Shown here piece by piece: positions 44,824 through 57,048 of a stretch of DNA of 64,000 nt. The notes beneath the pieces are model-generated. The model had not been told where the DNA came from and ran no database searches. It saw nothing but the letters and a program-made list of their open reading frames with translations. Origin of the DNA: Escherichia coli O127:H6 str. E2348/69 (GTDB lineage Bacteria; Pseudomonadota; Gammaproteobacteria; Enterobacterales; Enterobacteriaceae); the NCBI RefSeq assembly GCF_000026545.1, contig NC_011601.1; one strand, 5' to 3'. The position numbers and the translations under genes were made by a program. The first letter of the stretch is position 1; every line of letters starts with the position of its first letter.

Positions 44824-44859
44824 TTTACAGCCAGCCGCTAACTTCCTGCTGGCTGTAAA
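44824..44859. terminator. Bidirectional terminator between treF and yhjB
   Basis: tttacagccagc-(12 nt)-gctggctgtaaa inverted repeat. Confidence 0.65.
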
Positions 44860-44869
44860 ATTATCCTCT

Positions 44870-45472
44870 TCAGGAGGAGATATTTAACATCATTGCCGCC
44901 TGGGTGCGATTTTTGACTTCCAGACGGCGATACAGTGATTCCAGATGCGCTTTTACCGTTCCGGTACTGATATTCAGCGCCCTGCCGATCTCTTTATTTG
45001 ATTCGCCCGCCGCTAACATGGTTAAAATCTCCCGCTGGCGGGCGCTTAACGATTTGAGATCTTTAATGTCCTTTTCCGGCGTCGTTCGCCAGTCTCCAGG
45101 CAGAAACATCATCCCCATCGCCGCACTATTGACCGCCAACGCAAATGTCTCGACGGTTGAATCACGAGGCACAATGGCCAGCACATTAAAATGAATAACT
45201 TCCTGTAACCACCGTTTGTTGCAATCCGTCGCCGTAATTAACACCTTAACCTCAGGAAATTGCACCACGGTTTTTTGCAGCAACCTGTAGCAAAACTCAC
45301 CATCCTGATCGCCATCGAGCATCACTAAGGCTTCAGGGTAACTTTCCAGCTTTTGCCATAACTCGTCTGCCTGACTGGCCCCCTGAATACTCACTCCTGG
45401 AATACGATGCTGTAAACTGATTTTCATTCCATGAATAAATATTGACTGCCTGTCAAACATGACTATTTGCAT
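44870..45472 (-). CDS. yhjB: LuxR/FixJ-family response-regulator-like protein YhjB
   Basis: 200-aa ORF with receiver-like N-terminus and C-terminal LuxR HTH. Confidence 0.9.
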   Translation of the reverse strand: MQIVMFDRQSIFIHGMKISLQHRIPGVSIQGASQADELWQKLESYPEALVMLDGDQDGEFCYRLLQKTVVQFPEVKVLITATDCNKRWLQEVIHFNVLAIVPRDSTVETFALAVNSAAMGMMFLPGDWRTTPEKDIKDLKSLSARQREILTMLAAGESNKEIGRALNISTGTVKAHLESLYRRLEVKNRTQAAMMLNISS

Positions 45473-45991
45473 AACTGAATCTCCACCTGAATACGTTAAA
45501 AAGACTTAAGTAGTGGAAGGGTATTACCCGCGAGAAAAAATAAGAATTCGCCATTTGGCGGTGGCCATTCTACAGAGATGACGCGTAGAAAATAGTTACC
45601 GATATAAATAGTTACAGCTAAACGCCTGAAATTATATGTCGAGGGCACTATTTAAAACATTTTTGAGGATTTCCTTATATCGGTAGTTAGTACGCATGCA
45701 ATTAAAAATGAAATTCCGCGACCATAAACAAAAATAACAAACGGCAATGAGATAAAAATAAGCACAAATAGCCAATACATCTTCTATTCACTTTAAAGGG
45801 AATCGCTGAAAAATACGCTCTGTTTAAGGGAATTCACCTTTCTCATAAAGCTATTCCTCCCTTTTCCTGCTGAGAAATCGCCACATTCATCATGACAACA
45901 TTGTGAAACCCGGCATTAGATGTTAGAAAAAACAATAAACAATGCGATATGCGCGCTACTGTTTCGTTGTGAACAACAATCGGTCAAAGAA

Positions 45992-46891
45992 ATGGATAAA
46001 ATTCACGCAATGCAGTTGTTCATCAAAGTCGCGGAGCTGGAAAGTTTTTCCCGCGCGGCGGATTTCTTTGCTTTGCCAAAGGGAAGTGTTTCGCGCCAGA
46101 TACAGGCACTGGAACATCAACTTGGCACCCAGCTTCTCCAGCGCACCACGCGACGGGTCAAACTCACGCCAGAAGGCATGACCTATTATCAACGAGCAAA
46201 AGATGTGTTGAGTAATCTCAGCGAACTGGACGGTCTGTTTCAACAGGATGCCACCAGTATCAGCGGTAAATTACGCATCGACATCCCGTCAGGAATCGCG
46301 AAAAGCCTGTTACTGCCGCACTTGTCGGAATTTCTCTATCTGCATCCGGGAATTGAGCTGGAACTGAGTAGCCATGACCGTCCGGTAGATATTCTTCATG
46401 ATGGTTTTGATTGCGTGATACGCACTGGCGCATTACCGGAAGATGGCGTTATCGCCCGTTCTCTCGGCAAACTGACCATGGTCAACTGTGCCAGTCCACA
46501 CTATCTGACGCGCTTTGGTTATCCGCAAAGCCCCGATGATCTGACTTCACACGCAATAGTGCGTTATACACCGCACCTGGGTGTACATCCGTTAGGTTTT
46601 GAGGTTGCCAGCGTTAATGGCGTCCAGTGGTTTAAGTCTGGCGGCATGTTGACGGTAAACAGTAGCGAAAACTATCTCGCCGCCGGTCTTGCCGGTCTGG
46701 GGATTATTCAGATCCCGCGCATTGCCGTGCGCGAAGCCCTGCGTGCCGGGCGGCTTATTGAAGTGTTGCCTGGCTACCGTGCCGAGCCGCTGTCCCTTTC
46801 ACTGGTTTATCCGCAGCGTCGGGAGCTTTCCCGGCGTGTAAACCTGTTTATGCAGTGGCTGGCTGGCGTAATGAAAGAGCACCTGGACTGA
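45992..46891 (+). CDS. yhjC: LysR-family transcriptional regulator YhjC
   Basis: 299 aa from MDKIHAMQLFIKVAELESFSRAAD (LysR HTH); the ORF track starts 24 codons upstream. Confidence 0.85.
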   Translation: MDKIHAMQLFIKVAELESFSRAADFFALPKGSVSRQIQALEHQLGTQLLQRTTRRVKLTPEGMTYYQRAKDVLSNLSELDGLFQQDATSISGKLRIDIPSGIAKSLLLPHLSEFLYLHPGIELELSSHDRPVDILHDGFDCVIRTGALPEDGVIARSLGKLTMVNCASPHYLTRFGYPQSPDDLTSHAIVRYTPHLGVHPLGFEVASVNGVQWFKSGGMLTVNSSENYLAAGLAGLGIIQIPRIAVREALRAGRLIEVLPGYRAEPLSLSLVYPQRRELSRRVNLFMQWLAGVMKEHLD

Positions 46892-46939
46892 CCGACTATA
46901 CTTTTTAAGAATAACCACGACAGAAGGACAAAAGAGCGG

Positions 46940-47953
46940 ATGACGCAGGAAAACGAGATCAAACGTCCCACCCAGGATCTGGAGCACGAGCCGATTAAGC
47001 AGTTGGATAATAGCGAGAAAGGCGGCAAAGTTAGCCAGGCGCTGGAAACCGTCACCACCACTGCCGAGAAAGTCCAACGCCAACCGGTTATTGCGCACCT
47101 GATTCGCGCGACAGAACGCTTTAACGATCGGCTGGGTAACCAGTTTGGGGCGGCTATCACCTATTTCTCATTTTTGTCGATGATCCCCATTTTGATGGTG
47201 TCGTTTGCCGCAGGGGGCTTTGTGCTGGCCTCCCATCCGATGTTGCTACAGGATATCTTCGACAAAATTCTGCAAAACATTAGCGATCCGACGCTAGCCG
47301 CCACGTTGAAAAACACCATCAACACCGCCGTTCAGCAGCGTACGACTGTAGGGCTTGTCGGTCTGGCAGTGGCGCTTTATTCCGGCATCAACTGGATGGG
47401 TAACCTGCGTGAAGCGATTCGCGCCCAGTCACGCGATGTCTGGGAACGCTCGCCGCAAGATCAGGAGAAGTTCTGGGTAAAATATCTGCGTGATTTTATT
47501 TCGCTGATTGGTTTGTTGATTGCGCTGATTGTGACGCTTTCTATCACCTCGGTTGCCGGTTCTGCGCAGCAAATGATTATTAGCGCCCTGCACCTGAACA
47601 GCATTGAGTGGCTGAAACCGACATGGCGGTTGATTGGCCTGGCGATTTCCATCTTCGCCAACTATCTGCTTTTCTTCTGGATCTTCTGGCGGTTGCCGCG
47701 CCACCGTCCGCGCAAAAAAGCCCTGATCCGCGGAACATTTCTGGCTGCTATTGGTTTTGAAGTGATTAAAATCGTGATGACCTACACCCTGCCATCGTTG
47801 ATGAAATCACCCTCTGGCGCAGCATTTGGTTCCGTGCTGGGGCTGATGGCATTTTTCTACTTCTTCGCCCGTTTGACGCTGTTTTGCGCGGCGTGGATTG
47901 CCACCGCCGAATATAAAGACGACCCGCGAATGCCGGGGAAAACGCAGCCTTAA
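46940..47953 (+). CDS. yhjD: Inner-membrane protein YhjD (YihY/virulence-factor BrkB family)
   Basis: 337-aa polytopic ORF. Confidence 0.9.
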   Translation: MTQENEIKRPTQDLEHEPIKQLDNSEKGGKVSQALETVTTTAEKVQRQPVIAHLIRATERFNDRLGNQFGAAITYFSFLSMIPILMVSFAAGGFVLASHPMLLQDIFDKILQNISDPTLAATLKNTINTAVQQRTTVGLVGLAVALYSGINWMGNLREAIRAQSRDVWERSPQDQEKFWVKYLRDFISLIGLLIALIVTLSITSVAGSAQQMIISALHLNSIEWLKPTWRLIGLAISIFANYLLFFWIFWRLPRHRPRKKALIRGTFLAAIGFEVIKIVMTYTLPSLMKSPSGAAFGSVLGLMAFFYFFARLTLFCAAWIATAEYKDDPRMPGKTQP

Positions 47954-47956
47954 AAT

Positions 47957-48033
47957 AGGCCGGATGCGGCGTACGAATTTATTCGGCCTGGCTCCCCGTA
48001 GGCCGGATAAGATGCGCCAGCATCGCATCCGGC
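47957..48033. repeat. REP element pair
   Basis: ggccggatgcggcgtacgaatttattcggcctg / ggccggataagatgcgccagcatcgcatccggc. Confidence 0.75.
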
Positions 48034-48345
48034 TATAATGCGCACATAACCTCTTGAAACTCTTTCCCAGAGCCTCTTTAGCCATCTATTCAGGAGCAAA
48101 CAATTTCATTCCAACTCATAACCCCAGCATATAAATCCAGTTGGTAACTTTTATTTAACCTAAAACCAGTTTAATCCACCATTTATAAAATTATGTGAAG
48201 CATTTCATAGAAGAAAAATCACTGGCCTAAACATTATCCCCTTTTTGCCTGATTTTTGACCATTTCCGCGATTTGTTACACATTGAAATATCACTTTTGC
48301 TGTGCGTAATATGGCTATTCGTTAGCCAAAAAATAAGAAAAGATT

Positions 48346-49668
48346 ATGCAAGCAACAGCCACAACACTCGACCACGAGCAAGAATACACGCCGATCAACT
48401 CGCGTAATAAAGTCCTTGTCGCCTCTCTCATTGGCACGGCCATTGAGTTCTTCGACTTTTACATTTACGCCACTGCGGCCGTTATTGTGTTTCCGCATAT
48501 CTTCTTCCCGCAGGGCGATCCAACGGCAGCAACGCTACAGTCGCTCGCCACCTTCGCCATCGCCTTCGTCGCGCGCCCCATTGGCTCTGCCGTTTTTGGT
48601 CATTTTGGCGATCGCGTTGGGCGTAAAGCGACGCTGGTCGCCTCGTTGCTAACGATGGGGATTTCGACCGTGGTGATTGGTCTGCTGCCAGGCTATGCCA
48701 CGATTGGTATTTTCGCCCCGCTGCTGCTGGCGCTGGCTCGATTTGGTCAGGGTCTGGGCTTAGGTGGTGAATGGGGCGGCGCAGCGCTGCTGGCGACTGA
48801 AAACGCCCCACCGCGCAAACGTGCATTGTACGGCTCCTTCCCGCAGCTGGGCGCACCGATTGGCTTCTTCTTTGCCAACGGCACTTTCTTGCTGCTTTCC
48901 TGGCTACTGACCGACGAGCAGTTTATGAGCTGGGGCTGGCGTGTGCCATTTATCTTCTCGGCGGTGCTGGTCATTATCGGCCTGTATGTTCGCGTGTCGC
49001 TGCATGAGTCGCCGGTGTTTGAGAAAGTCGCTAAAGCGAAAAAACAGGTGAAGATCCCGCTGGGTACGCTGCTGACCAAACATGTTCGCGTAACCGTACT
49101 GGGTACGTTCATTATGCTGGCAACCTATACGCTGTTTTACATCATGACGGTCTACTCTATGACCTTTAGTACCGCCGCCGCGCCAGTTGGGCTTGGCCTG
49201 CCGCGTAACGAAGTGTTGTGGATGCTGATGATGGCGGTTATCGGTTTTGCAGTGATGGTTCCGTTGGCGGGTCTGCTGGCAGATGCTTTTGGTCGCCGTA
49301 AAAGTATGGTGATCATCACCACGCTGATCATCCTGTTCGCGCTATTCGCCTTTAACCCTTTGCTCGGTTCTGGCAACCCGATTCTGGTTTTTGCCTTCCT
49401 ACTGCTGGGGTTAAGTCTGATGGGGCTGACCTTCGGTCCGATGGGCGCGCTGTTACCAGAGCTGTTCCCGACAGAAGTGCGTTACACCGGAGCATCGTTC
49501 TCTTACAACGTATCGTCGATTCTCGGGGCTTCCGTTGCGCCATATATCGCAGCCTGGTTGCAGACTAACTATGGGTTAGGCGCGGTGGGGTTATATCTGG
49601 CGGCGATGGCCGGACTGACGTTAATTGCCCTGCTGTTAACGCATGAGACGCGGCACCAGTCGTTGTAG
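48346..49668 (+). CDS. yhjE: MFS transporter YhjE (metabolite:H+ symporter family)
   Basis: 440-aa 12-TM ORF with MFS signature GHFGDRVGRK. Confidence 0.92.
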   Translation: MQATATTLDHEQEYTPINSRNKVLVASLIGTAIEFFDFYIYATAAVIVFPHIFFPQGDPTAATLQSLATFAIAFVARPIGSAVFGHFGDRVGRKATLVASLLTMGISTVVIGLLPGYATIGIFAPLLLALARFGQGLGLGGEWGGAALLATENAPPRKRALYGSFPQLGAPIGFFFANGTFLLLSWLLTDEQFMSWGWRVPFIFSAVLVIIGLYVRVSLHESPVFEKVAKAKKQVKIPLGTLLTKHVRVTVLGTFIMLATYTLFYIMTVYSMTFSTAAAPVGLGLPRNEVLWMLMMAVIGFAVMVPLAGLLADAFGRRKSMVIITTLIILFALFAFNPLLGSGNPILVFAFLLLGLSLMGLTFGPMGALLPELFPTEVRYTGASFSYNVSSILGASVAPYIAAWLQTNYGLGAVGLYLAAMAGLTLIALLLTHETRHQSL

Positions 49669-49677
49669 TCGTTTTAA

Positions 49678-49702
49678 TTGCCGGATGTCAGACATCCGGC
49701 AA
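49678..49702. terminator. Bidirectional hairpin between yhjE and yhjG
   Basis: ttgccggatgtc-a-gacatccggcaa inverted repeat. Confidence 0.6.
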
Positions 49703-49708
49703 TTATCA

Positions 49709-51769
49709 TCACTTCTTCATCTGCGACAAAATTGTCCTGCACTGATTAGCCTCCCTTTCGGAAGGTGAGATCAGCGCCAGTAACGCCGCCGCCGGTGTTA
49801 CCAGCGTTGCCAGTGCCGCCGCAACGGCTCCGCGAGCAATCAACGGCCCGGCTTTCACCCCAGCCTGCGGATTTTTAAACGTCCCACGCACATACAGCGG
49901 CGAACGCAGTGTGATAATCCGAATCCCTTTACTCTCCGGATCAATAGTCAAATCCAGCTGTTCCGAAGCAAAACTTGCCGTGCCGGTAATGTTAATCAAC
50001 GCGTTCTCAGTATCGAAAGCAAAAATCTGCGGGCGCGCCACGCCGTTGGCAATATCCAGATTCGCCGCCGCGCAGTTCACCCGCACCTCATCATCACCAA
50101 ATATCGCACCGACAATGTAGTTGCCGACATTCAGCCCAACAATCTCCATCAGGTTGCGGCTCACTAGCCCGTCATTCATCAACAGTTTCAGGTTGCCGTT
50201 ACTGTTGCCTAAAAGCGCCGCCACCGAGTTACCGCTACCGCGCAGTTCCGCGTCACCGTTCATTTCCCCCAGCGTCTTCTGCATCAGTTCTACATCGGGC
50301 ATCAGTTCTTTCAGTTTCAGTCGACGAGCCTGAATATCTGCCCGCCCCTGCATCGGCTTTTTATCGCCTTCCAGATGAATATTCGCCGCAATGCTGCCGC
50401 CCGCTATGCCAAATTTCAGCGGTTGCAGGCGCAGGTCAGCATTTTTGAGGATGATATGAGTAGAAAGATCGCTAATCGGCAGGCTACTGCCATGCTCAAT
50501 GCGCCGCCCTTTGAAGCGAACATCGGCATCCATGACGTCCCATTTATCGGTTTCGAAGCGGTCATAAGGCAGCACTTTGCCCGCAGGCTGAACGCTTTTT
50601 TCACCCTTCTTCTGTTCAGACCGTTTCGACTTTTCTGCCCCTTTCCCGGAATCAACGCCAATCAACGGTCCCAGGTCCGCCAGCCGCAATTGCCGCGACT
50701 CGACATCACCTTCCAGTTTTGGTCGTGGCTTGCCGGTGGTGTAGATCAGAGAACCGTGGATATCGCTATCGCCAATGCGCCCATTAAAACCGCGATAATC
50801 AAAGACCGACGATTTTTCAGTGTCGATTTTCGCTACCAGCCGACCATCCGTTTCAAACGGCGGTGTATCGGGCAGCAGAACGCCCGTCAGTTCATAGAGA
50901 TCACCCAGCGAATCGCCAGAAAATTTAAGCCGTAAATCGACACCCCCCATCTTCATTGGGTCATTCACAACGCCATCAAAAGCAACACGGGTGTTACCAG
51001 AGCGGAAATCAGCCTGTACCGGAAACGGCGTTCCTTCGCCACGCAGCGCCAGCATACCGCCTATTTTTCCCGTACCAGTGAGCGGTTCACCGTTATAACG
51101 TCCCTGCGCCTTCAGGCCAAAAACGTAATCGCCCACCTTTTCTTTATCCGCTTTACCTTTCGATCCGGTAACTTCGCTGAACGGCAGCGGCTTGCCTAAC
51201 GGATCGACAAAAATTTCCAGATCCGCTTTGCTTACTTTGTCATCAATGGCGATCCGCCCTTGATCGAAAAGAATATTATCCAGCTGAAACGACCACGCCG
51301 ACGGCTTTGCATTCGCGTCTTTGTTGTCATCGTTGGCGAGATTAAACGTCCAGTTATTGTTCTTTTCGGAGAGGCGAATCAGGCGCGCGTCGGGCTTTTC
51401 GAGCTTGATCCACGGCAACCAGACCGTTTTGGTCAGCAGCGCCAGCGGGGCCAGCGTCGCTTCTACTCGCGGCAAATGCACCATTGTGACTTCGGGAATA
51501 TCCGGTGGATTGCCAAGAATGATGTCTTCCGCGTGTACATGGGGCCACGGCACCCAACTGCGCCAGCCAGTTTCTTGTTTTTGCCGCTCCCACACCACGC
51601 CCAGATCGCCACGGATAGCGAACGGACGATTCAACTCCGCAGAGACTTTCTGGTTGATGGTCGGTTTGAGTCGATTCCAGTCAAAAGTTGCAATCAAAAT
51701 GATCGCTACGACAATCAACAACAAGAAAGCCCCTGAAATCGCAGCGGTTATTTTGCCTGCCTTGCTCAT
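49709..51769 (-). CDS. yhjG: AsmA-family protein YhjG
   Basis: 686 aa from MSKAGKITAAISGAFLLLIVV with a gaggaag SD; the ORF track adds 5 upstream codons. Confidence 0.9.
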   Translation of the reverse strand: MSKAGKITAAISGAFLLLIVVAIILIATFDWNRLKPTINQKVSAELNRPFAIRGDLGVVWERQKQETGWRSWVPWPHVHAEDIILGNPPDIPEVTMVHLPRVEATLAPLALLTKTVWLPWIKLEKPDARLIRLSEKNNNWTFNLANDDNKDANAKPSAWSFQLDNILFDQGRIAIDDKVSKADLEIFVDPLGKPLPFSEVTGSKGKADKEKVGDYVFGLKAQGRYNGEPLTGTGKIGGMLALRGEGTPFPVQADFRSGNTRVAFDGVVNDPMKMGGVDLRLKFSGDSLGDLYELTGVLLPDTPPFETDGRLVAKIDTEKSSVFDYRGFNGRIGDSDIHGSLIYTTGKPRPKLEGDVESRQLRLADLGPLIGVDSGKGAEKSKRSEQKKGEKSVQPAGKVLPYDRFETDKWDVMDADVRFKGRRIEHGSSLPISDLSTHIILKNADLRLQPLKFGIAGGSIAANIHLEGDKKPMQGRADIQARRLKLKELMPDVELMQKTLGEMNGDAELRGSGNSVAALLGNSNGNLKLLMNDGLVSRNLMEIVGLNVGNYIVGAIFGDDEVRVNCAAANLDIANGVARPQIFAFDTENALINITGTASFASEQLDLTIDPESKGIRIITLRSPLYVRGTFKNPQAGVKAGPLIARGAVAAALATLVTPAAALLALISPSEREANQCRTILSQMKK

Positions 51770-51838
51770 CGTTCGCTTCCTCATATTCTTCCTGTGCCAG
51801 TCCTAAAGATAGTCCAGCCAGGCGGAAAATGAGGCAGC

Positions 51839-52606
51839 TTATAGCGCCAGAACCGCCGTATTCAGCGTTTCTATCGGTGCCGGGCGTGAAAGAAACCAGC
51901 CTTGTGCGGCGAATGCGGGCGAGTTCTGAACATCACGCCACTCTTCTGGTGTTTCTACGCCCTCGACAATCACCCCGCGACAATAGCGATTCATTAGATG
52001 TAAAAGCTGAGAAAAGAGTGTGCGTCCTTCCGGTGACTGACGCAGCATCACAAACAGTTCTCGCGCGATTTTGATGTAGTCATAACGCACTTCACTTAGT
52101 GCAGAGAAATTTGCCATCCCGGAACCAAAATCATCCAGCCACAGCGGGCCAAATTCACACATCGAGGCAAAGGTTGAATCTTTCGGCAGGCGGATGTGTT
52201 CCACCAGTTCGAAACGCAGCCAGGGAAGATCCTCAATCTGGCGCAGGATTTTTGGTTGCTGACGCAGGGCGATGAGCGTAGGGCCATCAATATTGACCGA
52301 TGCCAGCAGGCCGTGCTCTACAAAGAAGTCGGCTTTTTGCGCCAGCAAATCAATCTGCTCTTTCACAACCTCCATCCGATGGCTAACGGTGATTTCAGTA
52401 AAATAGCGATCCGGCGGCAGGCGTTGCGAAGGGTTCAAGGGATGCGTGACCACCGTTAATAGCTCCACGGCCATTAACCGCCCGCATGTTTGATAGATCG
52501 GCTGCCAGGTGTAAGCACGCTCACACTGCAACCAAAAACGCCGTTCCTGCAAGCTCTCGATGCTTGCTTCAGGGTTGCTTATTCGCTGGATAACCTGCCT
52601 TATCAT
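51839..52606 (-). CDS. pdeH: c-di-GMP phosphodiesterase PdeH (EAL domain)
   Basis: 255 aa from MIRQVIQRISNPEAS; EAL-domain motifs including ELLTV and DDFGSG; the ORF track starts 15 codons upstream. Confidence 0.92.
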   Translation of the reverse strand: MIRQVIQRISNPEASIESLQERRFWLQCERAYTWQPIYQTCGRLMAVELLTVVTHPLNPSQRLPPDRYFTEITVSHRMEVVKEQIDLLAQKADFFVEHGLLASVNIDGPTLIALRQQPKILRQIEDLPWLRFELVEHIRLPKDSTFASMCEFGPLWLDDFGSGMANFSALSEVRYDYIKIARELFVMLRQSPEGRTLFSQLLHLMNRYCRGVIVEGVETPEEWRDVQNSPAFAAQGWFLSRPAPIETLNTAVLAL

Positions 52607-52752
52607 CAAAGATGTCCTGTGTTTAAAAGTGATGCTGCCCGGACTCGACAAAGATTATCGGCGCGCAAGGGCAGAACTTTACCGCCTGGCCGGGGTAAAT
52701 TTCCCCACTCCACAACGGAATCTTTCAGGAATACGTTCTGGCTCAAAAAAAT

Positions 52753-52771
52753 AATGGAACACTGTTTTAAT
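52753..52771. promoter_or_regulatory. Possible KdgR-type operator upstream of kdgK
   Basis: aatggaacactgttttaat is an imperfect palindrome resembling KdgR boxes. Confidence 0.3.
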
Positions 52772-52837
52772 ATGGTTGACCAGCAAACCACCACAGCGCA
52801 AACTAACGCTAATTTTTTACAGATCAGGTTCACGACT

Positions 52838-53767
52838 ATGTCCAAAAAGATTGCCGTGATTGGCGAATGCATGATTGAGCTTTCCGAGAAAGGCGCGGAC
52901 GTTAAGCGCGGTTTCGGCGGCGATACCCTGAACACTTCCGTCTATATCGCCCGTCAGGTCGATCCTGCGGCATTAACCGTTCATTACGTAACGGCGCTGG
53001 GAACGGACAGTTTTAGCCAGCAGATGCTGGACGCCTGGCACGGCGAGAACGTTGATACTTCCCTGACCCAACGGATGGAAAACCGTCTGCCGGGCCTTTA
53101 CTACATTGAAACCGACAGCACCGGCGAACGTACGTTCTACTACTGGCGTAACGAAGCTGCCGCCAAATTCTGGCTGGAGAGTGAGCAATCCGCGGCGATT
53201 TGCGAAGAGCTGGCGAATTTCGATTATCTCTACCTGAGCGGGATTAGCCTGGCGATCTTAAGCCCGACCAGCCGCGAAAAGCTGCTTTCCCTGCTGCGCG
53301 AATGCCGCGCCAACGGCGGAAAAGTGATTTTCGACAATAACTATCGTCCGCGCCTGTGGGCCAGCAAAGAAGAGACACAGCAGGTGTACCAACAAATGCT
53401 GGAATGCACGGATATCGCCTTCCTGACGCTGGACGATGAAGACGCGCTGTGGGGTCAACAGCCGGTGGAAGACGTCATTGCGCGCACCCATAACGCGGGC
53501 GTGAAAGAAGTGGTGGTGAAACGCGGGGCGGATTCTTGCCTGGTGTCCATTGCTGGCGAAGGGTTAGTGGATGTTCCGGCGGTAAAACTGCCGAAAGAAA
53601 AAGTGATCGATACCACCGCAGCTGGCGACTCTTTCAGTGCCGGTTATCTGGCGGTACGTTTGACGGGCGGCAGTGCGGAAGACGCAGCGAAACGCGGGCA
53701 CCTGACCGCAAGTACCGTTATTCAGTATCGCGGCGCGATTATCCCGCGTGAAGCGATGCCAGCGTAA
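52838..53767 (+). CDS. kdgK: 2-dehydro-3-deoxygluconokinase
   Basis: 309 aa from MSKKIAVIGECMIELSEKG (PfkB ribokinase family); the ORF track starts 116 codons upstream, overlapping pdeH. Confidence 0.93.
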   Translation: MSKKIAVIGECMIELSEKGADVKRGFGGDTLNTSVYIARQVDPAALTVHYVTALGTDSFSQQMLDAWHGENVDTSLTQRMENRLPGLYYIETDSTGERTFYYWRNEAAAKFWLESEQSAAICEELANFDYLYLSGISLAILSPTSREKLLSLLRECRANGGKVIFDNNYRPRLWASKEETQQVYQQMLECTDIAFLTLDDEDALWGQQPVEDVIARTHNAGVKEVVVKRGADSCLVSIAGEGLVDVPAVKLPKEKVIDTTAAGDSFSAGYLAVRLTGGSAEDAAKRGHLTASTVIQYRGAIIPREAMPA

Positions 53768-53862
53768 AAGCAGCATATGCAAAAGGCTGGATAGAGTGTT
53801 ACCCCCCTATCCAGCTCATCCATAAATACCTGATGGTTGTGCTAACTCATCACCATCATGCA

Positions 53863-55359
53863 TTACTGTACAGGTGGAATATCCGTCACTTCAGGATGTA
53901 CGTCATCCGTGGCGACAGATGTGGCGGCAGCCGCAGTCGATGGGGCCATGATTTGATCCCAGGCCGCCTGCAACGCTTTCATGTTAAATTCCGGCTCGCC
54001 TTTCGGCTGCAGCAGTATTAACGCCATATCATTCGACAACTGCTGACGCAGATCCTGATTTAACATCTCCACCGTCAGGCTGTTAAGGAAATCCTGACGC
54101 AGTTTCTGATATTGCTCCGGCGCGATATCGACGACCTGATTTTGCAACGAACGCATCCGCTGCCCCATCAGAATATCGGTATCAGCTCGCGCATAGGCGG
54201 CAAACAGTTTCTGCAGCTCCAGTTTCTTTTGCGCCACTAACGCATTGAACTCTTCTTCCGGCAGACCTTTATCGCGAACCTTCGCCAGTTCACGCGCCAC
54301 CAGATTAAGGTTGCTGTTCAGCTTGTCGTTTGGTGATTCGATGTTGATGGCACACTGCGCACGCAGATACAGCACACGACAGTCAAATCCAAGACCGATG
54401 TCTTTACTGTTACTGGCGCTTAACGCTTGCTGAACATGCCAGAACAGCGCCTCACGGGCCAGGTCCGCACGCCAGTAGCGCAGCAGTGCGGCTGATTCAC
54501 GAATCGGCTGCCACGGCGTATCCCACATGATAGATAGCCGGTCCTGACGCACCGCGTCGGTCATAATACTCACCGCTTCCGCACGCAGCGGAGAAAGCGT
54601 CGGCACCGGAGCCGGTGTTTCACGTTTGCCTTTCAGTTCGCCAAACGTTTTATTGATTTGGTCGACGACCGAGCGCGCATCCACGTTTCCCACCACCAGC
54701 AGCGTCATTGCATCCGGGGTGTACCATTTCTGATAGAAATCTTTAATCTTTTCCGCTTCAACGGGTTGTTTCAGCGGATCGGCAGGATCGTGACCTAACA
54801 AGGTTGATCCTTTCAGACGATAACGCCACCAGCCCTCTTTAGTATCGGCAGGCCAGGTTGCCACCATGTCCTGACTTTGCAACGCATGGTTGATGGTTTC
54901 TGGCGTGATAGTCAGTTTGCCAGTGGCATTTGCCAGATAAGAGAGCGCCTCTTTCAGCAAGTCGTTACGGTTATTGGGCAAACTCAGATTAAACAGCGTG
55001 GTGTCATAAGAGACAATTACTGGCGGCATCGGGCGTTTAGGGTCGATCCCCTGCTGCCACAATGAACGCGCCTGCGCTGCGTCAAGGCCACCGCTTTGCG
55101 TTAGCGCAATACGAGGGATGGCGTGACTGTAACCGCTCTGTTGTGTACTTTCGGCGAGCGAACCGGTATTAACCAGCAGGCGAATTTCAACACGATCGCT
55201 GGGACGCTGGGGCGTGGTCAGCACTTGCCACTGTAAACCGTTGGAAAGCGTCCCCTGTTGCCATGCTGGATCAGGCTGGAGCGCATCTGCCTGCACATAG
55301 CCAGCAGTGGCCATCATCAGCAAACCGCCCGCTAAAAGTCGAATTTTTGTGCCCTGCAT
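53863..55359 (-). CDS. yhjJ: Periplasmic M16-family zinc peptidase-like protein YhjJ
   Basis: 498-aa ORF with signal peptide. Confidence 0.9.
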   Translation of the reverse strand: MQGTKIRLLAGGLLMMATAGYVQADALQPDPAWQQGTLSNGLQWQVLTTPQRPSDRVEIRLLVNTGSLAESTQQSGYSHAIPRIALTQSGGLDAAQARSLWQQGIDPKRPMPPVIVSYDTTLFNLSLPNNRNDLLKEALSYLANATGKLTITPETINHALQSQDMVATWPADTKEGWWRYRLKGSTLLGHDPADPLKQPVEAEKIKDFYQKWYTPDAMTLLVVGNVDARSVVDQINKTFGELKGKRETPAPVPTLSPLRAEAVSIMTDAVRQDRLSIMWDTPWQPIRESAALLRYWRADLAREALFWHVQQALSASNSKDIGLGFDCRVLYLRAQCAINIESPNDKLNSNLNLVARELAKVRDKGLPEEEFNALVAQKKLELQKLFAAYARADTDILMGQRMRSLQNQVVDIAPEQYQKLRQDFLNSLTVEMLNQDLRQQLSNDMALILLQPKGEPEFNMKALQAAWDQIMAPSTAAAATSVATDDVHPEVTDIPPVQ

Positions 55360-55539
55360 GTGAACCCCTGATCAACTATCCTGGTAATAAAAAAACTGCC
55401 CGTTGTCGGTCAGTCTAAATGACGTTAAAAACACTTCGTGTTAGACCGCAAGAACATGAAAATGTCACGGAAGAAGTGAAATAAACCTGAACTCACCCAG
55501 GTGGTAAGTTCAGGCACAGGGGTCAATTATGCGCAAACA

Positions 55540-55565
55540 CCCGCACTCGGGGAAGGGAGTGCGGG
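55540..55565 (-). terminator. Hairpin after dctA
   Basis: cccgcactc-ggggaagg-gagtgcggg inverted repeat. Confidence 0.55.
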
Positions 55566-55579
55566 CATAAGTGGTGAGA

Positions 55580-56902
<1,323 letters not shown>

Positions 56903-57048
56903 TTATGGGGTACCTGCGGCCTTAAAATAACACTCAGACAACATCACAGAAATGTACCTGGATCATAATTGAAACAAAAAGGTTAAAAAGTTTGAGCTGG
57001 CTCGCACAAACCAGCACTTTTTAAAGTTTTGTAATCAGTTTGGGGTAG

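Noticed and set aside
52490-52837. 116-codon N-terminal extension of kdgK in the ORF track
   Set aside because: The extension overlaps the pdeH start and promoter region; the conserved kinase N-terminus begins at the ATG at 52838.
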